DNA of 64,000 nucleotides, taken from the NCBI GenBank assembly GCA_964057225.1, contig OZ059899.1:1364001-1428000 (forward strand). The letters run 5' to 3'. The notes below the pieces were generated by a model. It was given only the letters and a program-made list of their open reading frames with translations. It was not told where the DNA came from and did no database searches. Numbering within the stretch: position 1 is the stretch's first letter; each line of letters begins with the position of its first letter. Made by a program: the position numbers and the translations under genes. This document shows positions 12,601 through 26,308 of this stretch, piece by piece. The DNA is from Auanema rhodensis. Taxonomy: Eukaryota; Animalia; Nematoda.

Positions 12601-15600
12601 AGCGAATGCACTATACTACATTGAGAAACGCTTAATACAAAAATTAGTTATGATCGTTTGAAAAATGATGCATTAGTGTATGTTGAGTTTCCATGTACAC
12701 TCAACATTGCTTCCAAAAACATTTTGACAAAAATTTTTTCGAAAAATTTCAAAAGAATTTAGCAAAAAGTAGATGTTTTTAGATTCCATTTTTCAAGGCA
12801 AAGACGATGGACAATGTTATTCAACGAAAAAATTATTTCTTCATTGTGAAAATCGAGGATATAAGTGTGAACTTTTATCAGTTGATATCTCGGTGCATTT
12901 TTAAGTTAGCGCAAATCTGATAACACAGATCGACGCAGCTTAAAAATCCGCATCGAATGCACTATACTACATTGAGAAACGCTTGATACAAAAATTAGTT
13001 ATGATCGTTTGAAAAATGATGCATTAGTGTATGTTGAGTTTCCATGTACACTCAACATTGCTTCCAAAAACATTTTGACAAAAATTTTTTCGAAAAATTT
13101 CAAAATAATTTAGCAAAAAGTAGATGTTTTTAGATTCCATTTCTCAAGGCAAAGACGATGGACAATGTTATTCAACGAAAAAATTAATTCTTCAGGGTGA
13201 AAATCGAGGATATAAGTGTGAACTTATATCAGTTGATATCTCGGTGCATTTTTAAGCTAGCGCAAATCTGATAACACAGATCGACGCAGCTTAAAAATCC
13301 GCAGCGAATGCACTATACTACATTGAGAAACGCTTGATACAAAAATTAGTTATGATCGTTTGAAAAATGATGCATTAGTGTATGTTGAGTTTCCATGTAC
13401 ACTCAACATTGCTTCCAAAAACATTTTGACAAAAATTTTTTCGAAAAATTTCAAAAGAATTTAGCAAAAAGTAGATGTTTTTAGATTCCATTTTTCAAGG
13501 CAAAGACGATGGACAATGTTATTCAACGAAAAAATTATTTCTTCAGGGTGAAAATCGAGGATATAAGTGTGAACTTATATCAGTTGATATCTCGGTGCAT
13601 TTTTAAGTTAGCGCAAATCTGATAACACAGATCGACGCAGCTTAAAAATCCGCATCGAATGCACTATACTACATTGAGAAACGCTTGATACAAAAATTAG
13701 TTATGATCGTTTGAAAAATGATGCATTAGTGTATGTTGAGTTTCCATGTACACTCAACATTGCTTCCAAAAACATTTTGACAAAAATTTTTTCGAAAAAT
13801 TTCAAAATAATTTAGCGAAAAGTAGATGTTTTTAAATTCCATTTTTCAAGGCAAAGACGATGGACAATGTTATTCAACGAAAAAATTAATTCTTCAGGGT
13901 GAAAATCGAGGATATAAGTGTGAACTTATATCAGTTGATATCTCGGTGCATTTTTAAGCTAGCGCAAATCTGATAACACAGATCGACGCAGCTTAAAAAT
14001 CCGCATCGAATGCACTATACTACATTGAGAAACGCTTAATACAAAAATTAGTTATGATCGTTTGAAAAATGATGCATTAGTGTATGTTGAGTTTCCATGT
14101 ACACTCAACATTGCTTCCAAAAACATTTTGACAAAAATTTTTTCGAAAAATTTCAGAAGAATTTAGCAAAAAGTAGATGTTTTTAGATTCCATTTTTCAA
14201 GGCAAAGACGATGGACAATGTTATTCAACGAAAAAATTATTTCTTCATTGTGAAAATCGAGGATATAAGTTTGAACTTATATCAGTTGATATCTCGGTGC
14301 ATTTTTAAGTTAGCGCAAATCTGATAACACAGATCGACGCAGCTTAAAAATCCGCATCGAATGCACTATACTACATTGAGAAACGCTTGATACAAAAATT
14401 AGTTATGATCGTTTGAAAAATGATGCATTAGTGTATGTTGAGTTTCCATGTACACTCAACATTGCTTCCAAAAACATTTTGACAAAAATTTTTTCGAAAA
14501 ATTTCAAAATAATTTAGCAAAAAGTAGATGTTTTTAGATTCCATTTTTCAAGGCAAAGACGATGGACAATGTTATTCAACGAAAAAATTATTTCTTCATT
14601 GTGAAAATCGAGGATATAAGTGTGAACTTATATCAGTTGATATCTCGGTGCATTTTTAAGTTAGCGCAAATCTGATAACACAGATCGACGCAGCTTAAAA
14701 ATCCGCATCGAATGCACTATACTACATTGAGAAACGCTTGATACAAAAATTAGTTATGATCGTTTGAAAAATGATGCATTAGTGTATGTTGAGTTTCCAT
14801 GTACACTCAACATTGCTTCCAAAAACATTTTGACAAAAATTTTTTCGAAAAATTTCAGAATAATTTAGCAAAAAGTAGATGTTTTTAGATTCCATTTTTC
14901 AAGGCAAAGACGATGGACAATGTTATTCAACGAAAAAATTAATTCTTCAGGGTGAAAATCGAGGATATAAGTGTGAACTTATATCAGTTGATATCTCGGT
15001 GCATTTTTAAGCTAGCGCAAATCTGATAACACAGATCGACGCAGCTTAAAAATCCGCAGCGAATGCACTATACTACATTGAGAAACGCTTAATACAAAAA
15101 TTAGTTATGATCGTTTGAAAAATGATGCATTAGTGTATGTTGAGTTTCCATGTACACTCAACATTGCTTCCAAAAACATTTTGACAAAAATTTTTTCGAA
15201 AAATTTCAAAAGAATTTAGCAAAAAGTAGATGTTTTTAGATTCCATTTTTCAAGGCAAAGACGATGGACAATGTTATTCAACGAAAAAATTAATTCTTCA
15301 GGGTGAAAATCGAGGATATAAGTGTGAACTTATATCAGTTGATATCTCGGTGCATTTTTAAGCTAGCGCAAATCTGATAACACAGATCGACGCAGCTTAA
15401 TAATCCGCATCGAATGCACTATACTACATTGAGAAACGCTTAATACAAAAATTAGTTATGATCGTTTGAAAAATGATGCATTAGTGTATGTTGAGTTTCC
15501 ATGTACACTCAACATTGCTTCCAAAAACATTTTGACAAAAATTTTTTCGAAAAATTTCAAAATAATTTAGCGAAAAGTAGATGTTTTTAGATTCCTTTTT

Positions 15601-15786
15601 TCAAGGCAAAGACGATGGACAATGTTATTCAACGAAAAAATTAATTCTTCAGGGTAAAAATCGAGGATATAAGTGTGAACTTATATCAGTTGATATCTCG
15701 GTGCATTTTTAAGCTAGCGCAAATCTGATAACACAGATCGACGCAGCTTAAAAATCCGCAGCGAATGCACTATACTACATTGAGAA

Positions 15787-18700
15787 ACGCTTAATACAAA
15801 AATTAGTTATGATCGTTTGAAAAATGATGCATTAGTGTATGTTGAGTTTCCATGTACACTCAACATTGCTTCCAAAAACATTTTGACAAAAATTTTTTCG
15901 AAAAATTTCAAAATAATTCAGCAAAAAGTAGATGTTTTTAGATTCCATTTTTCAAAGCAAAGACGATGGACAATGTTATTCAACGAAAAAATTAATTCTT
16001 TAGGGTGAAAATCGAGGATATAAGTGTGAACTTATATCAGTTGATATCTCGGTGCATTTTTAAGCTAGCGCAAATCTGATAACACAGATCGACGCAGCTC
16101 AAAAATTCGCATCGAATGCACTATACTACATTGAGAAACGCTTAATACAAAAATTAGTTATGATCGTTTGAAAAATGATGCATTAGTGTATGTTGAGTTT
16201 CCATGTACACTCAACATTGCTTCCAAAAACATTTTGACAAAAATTTTTTCGAAAAATTTCAAAATAATTTAGCAAAAAGTAGATGTTTTTAGATTTCATT
16301 TTTCAAGACAAAGACGATGGACAATGTTATTCAACGAAAAAATTATTTCTTCAGGGTGAAAATCGAGGATATAAGTGTGAACTTATATCAGTTGATATCT
16401 CGGTGCATTTTTAAGCTAGCGCAAATCTGATAACACAGATCGACGCAGCTTAAAAATCCGCATCGAATGCACTATACTACATTGAGAAACGCTTAATACA
16501 AAAATTAGTTATGATCGTTTGAAAAATGATGCATTAGTGTATGTTGAGTTTCCATGTACACTCAACATTGCTTCCAAAAACATTTTGACAAAAATTTTTT
16601 CGAAAAATTTCAAAATAATTCAGCAAAAAGTAGATGTTTATAGATTCCATTTTTCAAGGCAAAGACGATGGACAATGTTATTCAACGAAAAAATTATTTC
16701 TTCAGGGTGAAAATCGAGGATATAAGTGTGAACTTATATCAGTTGATATCTCGGTGCATTTTTAAGCTAGCGCAAATCTGATAACACAGATCGACGCAGC
16801 TTAAAAATCCGCATCGAATGCACTATACTACATTGAGAAACGCTTAATACAAAAATTAGATATGATCGTTTGAAAAATGATGCATTAGTGTATGTTGAGT
16901 TTCCATGTACACTCAACATTGCTTCCAAAAACATTTTGACAAAAATTTTTTCGAAAAATTTCAAAATAATTCAGCAAAAAGTAGATGTTTATAGATTCCA
17001 TTTTTCAAGGCAAAGACGATGGACAATGTTATTCAACGAAAAAATTAATTCTTCAGGGTGAAAATCGAGGATATAAGTGTGAACTTATAAAAGTTGATAT
17101 CTCGGTGCATTTTTAAGCTAGCGCAAATCTGATAACACAGATCGACGCAGCTCAAAAATCCGCATCGAATGCACTATACTACATTGAGAAACGCTTGATA
17201 CAAAAATTAGTTATAATCATTTGAAAAATGATGCATTAGTGTATGTTAAGTTTCCATGTACACTCAACATTGCTTCCAAAAACATTTTGACAAAAATTTT
17301 TTCGAAAAATTTCAAAATAATTTAGCAAAAAGTAGATGTTTTTAGATTTCATTTTTCAAGGCAAAGACGATGGACAATGTTATTCAACGAAAAAATTAAT
17401 TCTTCAGGGTGAAAATCGAGGATATAAGTGTGAACTTATAAAAGTTGATATCTCGGTGCATTTTTAAGCTAGCGCAAATCTGATAACACAGATCGACGCA
17501 GCTCAAAAATCCGCATCGAATGCACTATACTACATTGAGAAACGCTTGATACAAAAATTAGTTATAATCGTTTGAAAAATGATGCATTAGTGTATGTTGA
17601 GTTTCCATGTACACTCAACATTGCTTCCAAAAACATTTTGACAAAAATTTTTTCGAAAAATTTCAAAATAATTTAGCAAAAAGTAGATGTTTTTAGATTT
17701 CATTTTTCAAGGCAAAGACGATGGACAATGTTATTCAACGAAAAAATTAATTCTTCAGGGTGAAAATCGAGGATATAAGTGTGAACTTATATCAGTTGAT
17801 ATCTCGGTGCATTTTTAAGCTAGCGCAAATCTGATAACACAGATCGACGCAGCTTAAAAATCCGCATTGAATGCACTATACTACTTTGAGAAACGCTTAA
17901 TACAAAAATTAGTTATGATCGTTTGAAAAATGATGCATTAGTGTATGTTGAGTTTCCATGTACACTCAACATTGCTTCCAAAAACATTTTGACAAAAATT
18001 TTTTCGAAAAATTTCAAAATAATTCAGCAAAAAGTAGATGTTTTTAGATTCCATTTTTCAAGGCAAAGACGATGGACAATGTTATTCAACGAAAAAATTA
18101 ATTCTTCAGGGTGAAAATCGAGGATATAAGTGTGAACTTATAAAAGTTGATATCTCGGTGCATTTTTAAGCTAGCGCAAATCTGATAACACAGATCGACG
18201 CAGCTCAAAAATCCGCATCGAATGCACTATACTACATTGAGAAACGCTTGATACAAAAATTAGTTATAATCATTTGAAAAATGATGCATTAGTGTATGTT
18301 AAGTTTCCATGTACACTCAACATTGCTTCCAAAAACATTTTGACAAAAATTTTTTCGAAAAATTTCAAAATAATTTAGCAAAAAGTAGATGTTTTTAGAT
18401 TTCATTTTTCAAGGCAAAGACGATGGACAATGTTATTCAACGAAAAAATTAATTCTTCAGGGTGAAAATCGAGGATATAAGTGTGAACTTATAAAAGTTG
18501 ATATCTCGGTGCATTTTTAAGCTAGCGCAAATCTGATAACACAGATCGACGCAGCTTAAAAATCCGCATCGAATGCACTATACTACTTTGAGAAACGCTT
18601 AATACAAAAATTAGTTATGATCGTTTGAAAAATGATGCATTAGTGTATGTTGAGTTTCCATGTACACTCAACATTGCTTCCAAAAACATTTTGACAAAAA

Positions 18701-21700
18701 TTTTTTCGAAAAATTTCAAAATAATTCAGCAAAAAGTAGATGTTTTTAGATTCCATTTTTCAAGGCAAAGACGATGGACAATGTTATTCAACGAAAAAAT
18801 TAATTCTTCAGGGTGAAAATCGAGGATATAAGTGTGAACTTATAAAAGTTGATATCTCGGTGCATTTTTAAGCTAGCGCAAATCTGATAACACAGATCGA
18901 CGCAGCTCAAAAATCCGCATCGAATGCACTATACTACATTGAGAAACGCTTGATACAAAAATTAGTTATAATCATTTGAAAAATGATGCATTAGTGTATG
19001 TTAAGTTTCCATGTACACTCAACATTGCTTCCAAAAACATTTTGACAAAAATTTTTTCGAAAAATTTCAAAATAATTTAGCAAAAAGTAGATGTTTTTAG
19101 ATTTCATTTTTCAAGGCAAAGACGATGGACAATGTTATTCAACGAAAAAATTAATTCTTCAGGGTGAAAATCGAGGATATAAGTGTGAACTTATAAAAGT
19201 TGATATCTCGGTGCATTTTTAAGCTAGCGCAAATCTGATAACACAGATCGACGCAGCTTAAAAATCCGCATCGAATGCACTATACTACATTGAGAAACGC
19301 TTGATACAAAAATTAGTTATAATCGTTTGAAAAATGATGCATTAGTGTATGTTGAGTTTCCATGTACACTCAACATTGCTTCCAAAAACATTTTGACAAA
19401 ATTTTTTTCGAAAAATTTCAAAATAATTTAGCAAAAAGTAGATGTTTTTAGATTTCATTTTTCAAGGCAAAGACGATGGACAATGTTATTCAACGAAAAA
19501 ATTAATTCTTCAGGGTGAAAATCGAGGATATAAGTGTGAACTTATATCAGTTGATATCTCGGTGCATTTTTAAGCTAGCGCAAATCTGATAACACAGATC
19601 GACGCAGCTTAAAAATCCGCATCGAATGCACTATACTACATTGAGAAACGCTTAATACAAAAATTAGTTATGATCGTTTGAAAAATGATGCATTAGTGTA
19701 TGTTGAGTTTCCATGTACACTCAACATTGCTTCCAAAAACATTTTGACAAAAATTTTTTCGAAAAATTTCAAAATAATTTAGCAAAAAGTAGATGTTTTT
19801 AGATTTCATTTTTCAAGGCAAAGACGATGGACAATGTTATTCAACGAAAAAATTAATTCTTCAGGGTGAAAATCGAGGATATAAGTGTGAACTTATATCA
19901 GTTGATATCTCGGTGCATTTTTAAGCCAGCGCAAATCTGATAACACAGATCGACGCAGCTTAAAAATCCGCATCGAATGCACTATACTACATTGAGAAAC
20001 GCTTAATACAAAAATTAGTTATGATCGTTTGAAAAATGATGCATTAGTGTATGTTGAGTTTCCATGTACACTCAACATTGCTTCCAAAAACATTTTGACA
20101 AAAATTTTTTCGAAAAATTTCAAAATAATTCAGCAAAAAGTAGATGTTTTTAGATTCCATTTTTCAAGGCAAAGACGATGGACAATGTTATTCAACGAAA
20201 AAATTAATTCTTTAGGGTGAAAATCGAGGATATAAGTGTGAACTTATAAAAGTTGATATCTCGGTGCATTTTTAAGCTAGCGCAAATCTGATAACACAGA
20301 TCGACGCAGCTCAAAAATCCGCATCGAATGCACTATACTACATTGAGAAACGCTTGATACAAAAATTAGTTATAATCATTTGAAAAATGATGCATTAGTG
20401 TATGTTAAGTTTCCATGTACACTCAACATTGCTTCCAAAAACATTTTGACAAAAATTTTTTCGAAAAATTTCAAAATAATTTGCAAAAAGTAGATGTTTT
20501 TAGATTTCATTTTTCAAGGCAAAGACGATGGACAATGTTATTCAACGAAAAAATTAATTCTTCAGGGTGAAAATCGAGGATATAAGTGTGAACTTATAAA
20601 AGTTGATATCTCGGTGCATTTTTAAGCTAGCGCAAATCTGATAACACAGATCGACGCAGCTTAAAAATCCGCATCGAATGCACTATACTACATTGAGAAA
20701 CGCTCGATACAAAAATTAGTTATAATCGTTTGAAAAATGATGCATTAGTGTATGTTGAGTTTCCATGTACACTCAACATTGCTTCCAAAAACATTTTGAC
20801 AAAAATTTTTTCGAAAAATTTCAAAATAATTCAGCAAAAAGTAGATGTTTTTAGATTTCATTTTTCAAGGCAAAGACGATGGACAATGTTATTCAACGAA
20901 AAAATTAATTCTTCAGGGTGAAAATCGAGGATATAAGTGTGAACTTATAAAAGTTGATATCTCGGTGCATTTTTAAGCTAGCGCAAATCTGATAACACAG
21001 ATCGACGCAGCTCAAAAATCCGCATCGAATGCACTATACTACATTGAGAAACGCTTGATACAAAAATTAGTTATAATCATTTGAAAAATGATGCATTAGT
21101 GTATGTTAAGTTTCCATGTACACTCAACATTGCTTCCAAAAACATTTTGACAAAAATTTTTTCGAAAAATTTCAAAATAATTTGCAAAAAGTAGATGTTT
21201 TTAGATTTCATTTTTCAAGGCAAAGACGATGGACAATGTTATTCAACGAAAAAATTAATTCTTCAGGGTGAAAATCGAGGATATAAGTGTGAACTTATAA
21301 AAGTTGATATCTCGGTGCATTTTTAAGCTAGCGCAAATCTGATAACACAGATCGACGCAGCTCAAAAATCCGCATCGAATGCACTATACTACATTGAGAA
21401 ACGCTTGATACAAAAATTAGTTATAATCATTTGAAAAATGATGCATTAGTGTATGTTAAGTTTCCATGTACACTCAACATTGCTTCCAAAAACATTTTGA
21501 CAAAAATTTTTTCGAAAAATTTCAAAATAATTTGCAAAAAGTAGATGTTTTTAGATTTCATTTTTCAAGGCAAAGACGATGGACAATGTTATTCAACGAA
21601 AAAATTAATTCTTCAGGGTGAAAATCGAGGATATAAGTGTGAACTTATAAAAGTTGATATCTCGGTGCATTTTTAAGCTAGCGCAAATCTGATAACACAG

Positions 21701-24700
21701 ATCGACGCAGCTTAAAAATCCGCATCGAATGCACTATACTACATTGAGAAACGCTCGATACAAAAATTAGTTATAATCGTTTGAAAAATGATGCATTAGT
21801 GTATGTTGAGTTTCCATGTACACTCAACATTGCTTCCAAAAACATTTTGACAAAAATTTTTTCGAAAAATTTCAAAATAATTCAGCAAAAAGTAGATGTT
21901 TTTAGATTTCATTTTTCAAGGCAAAGACGATGGACAATGTTATTCAACGAAAAAATTAATTCTTCAGGGTGAAAATCGAGGATATAAGTGTGAACTTATA
22001 AAAGTTGATATCTCGGTGCATTTTTAAGCTAGCGCAAATCTGATAACACAGATCGACGCAGCTCAAAAATCCGCATCGAATGCACTATACTACATTGAGA
22101 AACGCTTGATACAAAAATTAGTTATAATCATTTGAAAAATGATGCATTAGTGTATGTTAAGTTTCCATGTACACTCAACATTGCTTCCAAAAACATTTTG
22201 ACAAAAATTTTTTCGAAAAATTTCAAAATAATTTGCAAAAAGTAGATGTTTTTAGATTTCATTTTTCAAGGCAAAGACGATGGACAATGTTATTCAACGA
22301 AAAAATTAATTCTTCAGGGTGAAAATCGAGGATATAAGTGTGAACTTATAAAAGTTGATATCTCGGTGCATTTTTAAGCTAGCGCAAATCTGATAACACA
22401 GATCGACGCAGCTCAAAAATCCGCATCGAATGCACTATACTACATTGAGAAACGCTTGATACAAAAATTAGTTATAATCATTTGAAAAATGATGCATTAG
22501 TGTATGTTAAGTTTCCATGTACACTCAACATTGCTTCCAAAAACATTTTGACAAAAATTTTTTCGAAAAATTTCAAAATAATTTGCAAAAAGTAGATGTT
22601 TTTAGATTTCATTTTTCAAGGCAAAGACGATGGACAATGTTATTCAACGAAAAAATTAATTCTTCAGGGTGAAAATCGAGGATATAAGTGTGAACTTATA
22701 AAAGTTGATATCTCGGTGCATTTTTAAGCTAGCGCAAATCTGATAACACAGATCGACGCAGCTTAAAAATCCGCATCGAATGCACTATACTACATTGAGA
22801 AACGCTTGATACAAAAATTAGTTATAATCGTTTGAAAAATGATGCATTAGTGTATGTTGAGTTTCCATGTACACTCAACATTGCTTCCAAAAACATTTTG
22901 ACAAAATTTTTTTCGAAAAATTTCAAAATAATTTAGCAAAAAGTAGATGTTTTTAGATTTCATTTTTCAAGGCAAAGACGATGGACAATGTTATTCAACG
23001 AAAAAATTAATTCTTCAGGGTGAAAATCGAGGATATAAGTGTGAACTTATATCAGTTGATATCTCGGTGCATTTTTAAGCTAGCGCAAATCTGATAACAC
23101 AGATCGACGCAGCTTAAAAATCCGCATCGAATGCACTATACTACATTGAGAAACGCTTAATACAAAAATTAGTTATGATCGTTTGAAAAATGATGCATTA
23201 GTGTATGTTGAGTTTCCATGTACACTCAACATTGCTTCCAAAAACATTTTGACAAAAATTTTTTCGAAAAATTTCAAAATAATTTAGCAAAAAGTAGATG
23301 TTTTTAGATTTCATTTTTCAAGGCAAAGACGATGGACAATGTTATTCAACGAAAAAATTAATTCTTCAGGGTGAAAATCGAGGATATAAGTGTGAACTTA
23401 TATCAGTTGATATCTCGGTGCATTTTTAAGCCAGCGCAAATCTGATAACACAGATCGACGCAGCTTAAAAATCCGCATCGAATGCACTATACTACATTGA
23501 GAAACGCTTAATACAAAAATTAGTTATGATCGTTTGAAAAATGATGCATTAGTGTATGTTGAGTTTCCATGTACACTCAACATTGCTTCCAAAAACATTT
23601 TGACAAAAATTTTTTCGAAAAATTTCAAAATAATTCAGCAAAAAGTAGATGTTTTTAGATTCCATTTTTCAAGGCAAAGACGATGGACAATGTTATTCAA
23701 CGAAAAAATTAATTCTTTAGGGTGAAAATCGAGGATATAAGTGTGAACTTATAAAAGTTGATATCTCGGTGCATTTTTAAGCTAGCGCAAATCTGATAAC
23801 ACAGATCGACGCAGCTCAAAAATCCGCATCGAATGCTCTATACTACATTGAGAAACGCTTGATACAAAAATTAGTTATAATCATTTGAAAAATGATGCAT
23901 TAGTGTATGTTAAGTTTCCATGTACACTCAACATTGCTTCCAAAAACATTTTGACAAAAATTTTTTCGAAAAATTTCAAAATAATTTGCAAAAAGTAGAT
24001 GTTTTTAGATTTCATTTTTCAAGGCAAAGACGATGGACAATGTTATTCAACGAAAAAATTAATTCTTCAGGGTGAAAATCGAGGATATAAGTGTGAACTT
24101 ATAAAAGTTGATATCTCGGTGCATTTTTAAGCTAGCGCAAATCTGATAACACAGATCGACGCAGCTTAAAAATCCGCATCGAATGCACTATACTACATTG
24201 AGAAACGCTCGATACAAAAATTAGTTATAATCGTTTGAAAAATGATGCATTAGTGTATGTTGAGTTTCCATGTACACTCAACATTGCTTCCAAAAACATT
24301 TTGACAAAAATTTTTTCGAAAAATTTCAAAATAATTCAGCAAAAAGTAGATGTTTTTAGATTTCATTTTTCAAGGCAAAGACGATGGACAATGTTATTCA
24401 ACGAAAAAATTAATTCTTCAGGGTGAAAATCGAGGATATAAGTGTGAACTTATAAAAGTTGATATCTCGGTGCATTTTTAAGCTAGCGCAAATCTGATAA
24501 CACAGATCGACGCAGCTCAAAAATCCGCATCGAATGCACTATACTACATTGAGAAACGCTTGATACAAAAATTAGTTATAATCATTTGAAAAATGATGCA
24601 TTAGTGTATGTTAAGTTTCCATGTACACTCAACATTGCTTCCAAAAACATTTTGACAAAAATTTTTTCGAAAAATTTCAAAATAATTTGCAAAAAGTAGA

Positions 24701-26308
24701 TGTTTTTAGATTTCATTTTTCAAGGCAAAGACGATGGACAATGTTATTCAACGAAAAAATTAATTCTTCAGGGTGAAAATCGAGGATATAAGTGTGAACT
24801 TATAAAAGTTGATATCTCGGTGCATTTTTAAGCTAGCGCAAATCTGATAACACAGATCGACGCAGCTCAAAAATCCGCATCGAATGCACTATACTACATT
24901 GAGAAACGCTTGATACAAAAATTAGTTATAATCATTTGAAAAATGATGCATTAGTGTATGTTAAGTTTCCATGTACACTCAACATTGCTTCCAAAAACAT
25001 TTTGACAAAAATTTTTTCGAAAAATTTCAAAATAATTTGCAAAAAGTAGATGTTTTTAGATTTCATTTTTCAAGGCAAAGACGATGGACAATGTTATTCA
25101 ACGAAAAAATTAATTCTTCAGGGTGAAAATCGAGGATATAAGTGTGAACTTATAAAAGTTGATATCTCGGTGCATTTTTAAGCTAGCGCAAATCTGATAA
25201 CACAGATCGACGCAGCTTAAAAATCCGCATCGAATGCACTATACTACATTGAGAAACGCTTGATACAAAAATTAGTTATAATCGTTTGAAAAATGATGCA
25301 TTAGTGTATGTTGAGTTTCCATGTACACTCAACATTGCTTCCAAAAACATTTTGACAAAAATTTTTTCGAAAAATTTCAAAATAATTTAGCAAAAAGTAG
25401 ATGTTTTTAGATTTCATTTTTCAAGGCAAAGACGATGGACAATGTTATTCAACGAAAAAATTAATTCTTCAGGGTGAAAATCGAGGATATAAGTGTGAAC
25501 TTATATCAGTTGATATCTCGGTGCATTTTTAAGCTAGCGCAAATCTGATAACACAGATCGACGCAGCTTAAAAATCCGCATCGAATGCACTATACTACAT
25601 TGAGAAACGCTTAATACAAAAATTAGTTATGATCGTTTGAAAAATGATGCATTAGTGTATGTTGAGTTTCCATGTACACTCAACATTGCTTCCAAAAACA
25701 TTTTGACAAAAATTTTTTCGAAAAATTTCAAAATAATTTAGCAAAAAGTAGATGTTTTTAGATTCCATTTTTCAAGGCAAAGACGATGGACAATGTTATT
25801 CAACGAAAAAATTATTTCTTCAGGGTGAAAATCGAGGATATAAGTGTGAACTTATATCAGTTGATATCTCGGTGCATTTTTAAGCTAGCGCAAATCTGAT
25901 AACACAGATCGACGCAGCTTAAAAATCCGCATCGAATGCACTATACTACATTGAGAAACGCTCGATACAAAAATTAGTTATAATCGTTTGAAAAATGATG
26001 CATTAGTGTATGTTGAGTTTCCATGTACACTCAACATTGCTTCCAAAAACATTTTGACAAAAATTTTTTCGAAAAATTTCGAAATAATTCAGCAAAAAGT
26101 AGATGTTTTTAGATTTCATTTTTCAAGGCAAAGACGATGGACAATGTTATTCAACGAAAAAATTAATTCTTCAGGGTGAAAATCGAGGATATAAGTGTGA
26201 ACTTATATCAGTTGATATCTCGGTGCATTTTTAAGCTAGCGCAAATCTGATAACACAGATCGACGCAGCTTAAAAATCCGCATCGAATGCACTATACTAC
26301 ATTGAGAA
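15787..26308. repeat. Array domain B (30 monomers): TTCAGC, ATAAAAGTT, GCTCAAAA, ATAATCATT, GTTAAG, TTTCATT variants and eight 350-bp A-deletion (TTTGCAAA) monomers
   Basis: These variants appear between 15.8 and 17.2 kb and the domain A variants disappear. The clustering of 63-aa ORFs marks the T>C variant. Confidence 0.85.

Larger units (their letters stand above)
1..15786. repeat. Array domain A (45 monomers): AAAGAA, GCAGCG, AAGTTAGC, CATTGTG variants, nine 350-bp C-deletion monomers and XbaI-bearing monomers
   Basis: The ATTTTTAAGG deletion occurs in monomers starting at 1, 1053, 2807, 4210, 7368, 9122, 9823, 10524 and 11576. TCTAGA occurs at 501, 1553, 4710, 7868, 11024 and 12076. I saw neither variant later in the window. 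Confidence 0.85.

Noticed and set aside
16767-16964. Minus-strand 65-aa ORF
   Set aside because: It arises from a singleton T>A at 16860 that removes a stop codon and occurs in one copy only.
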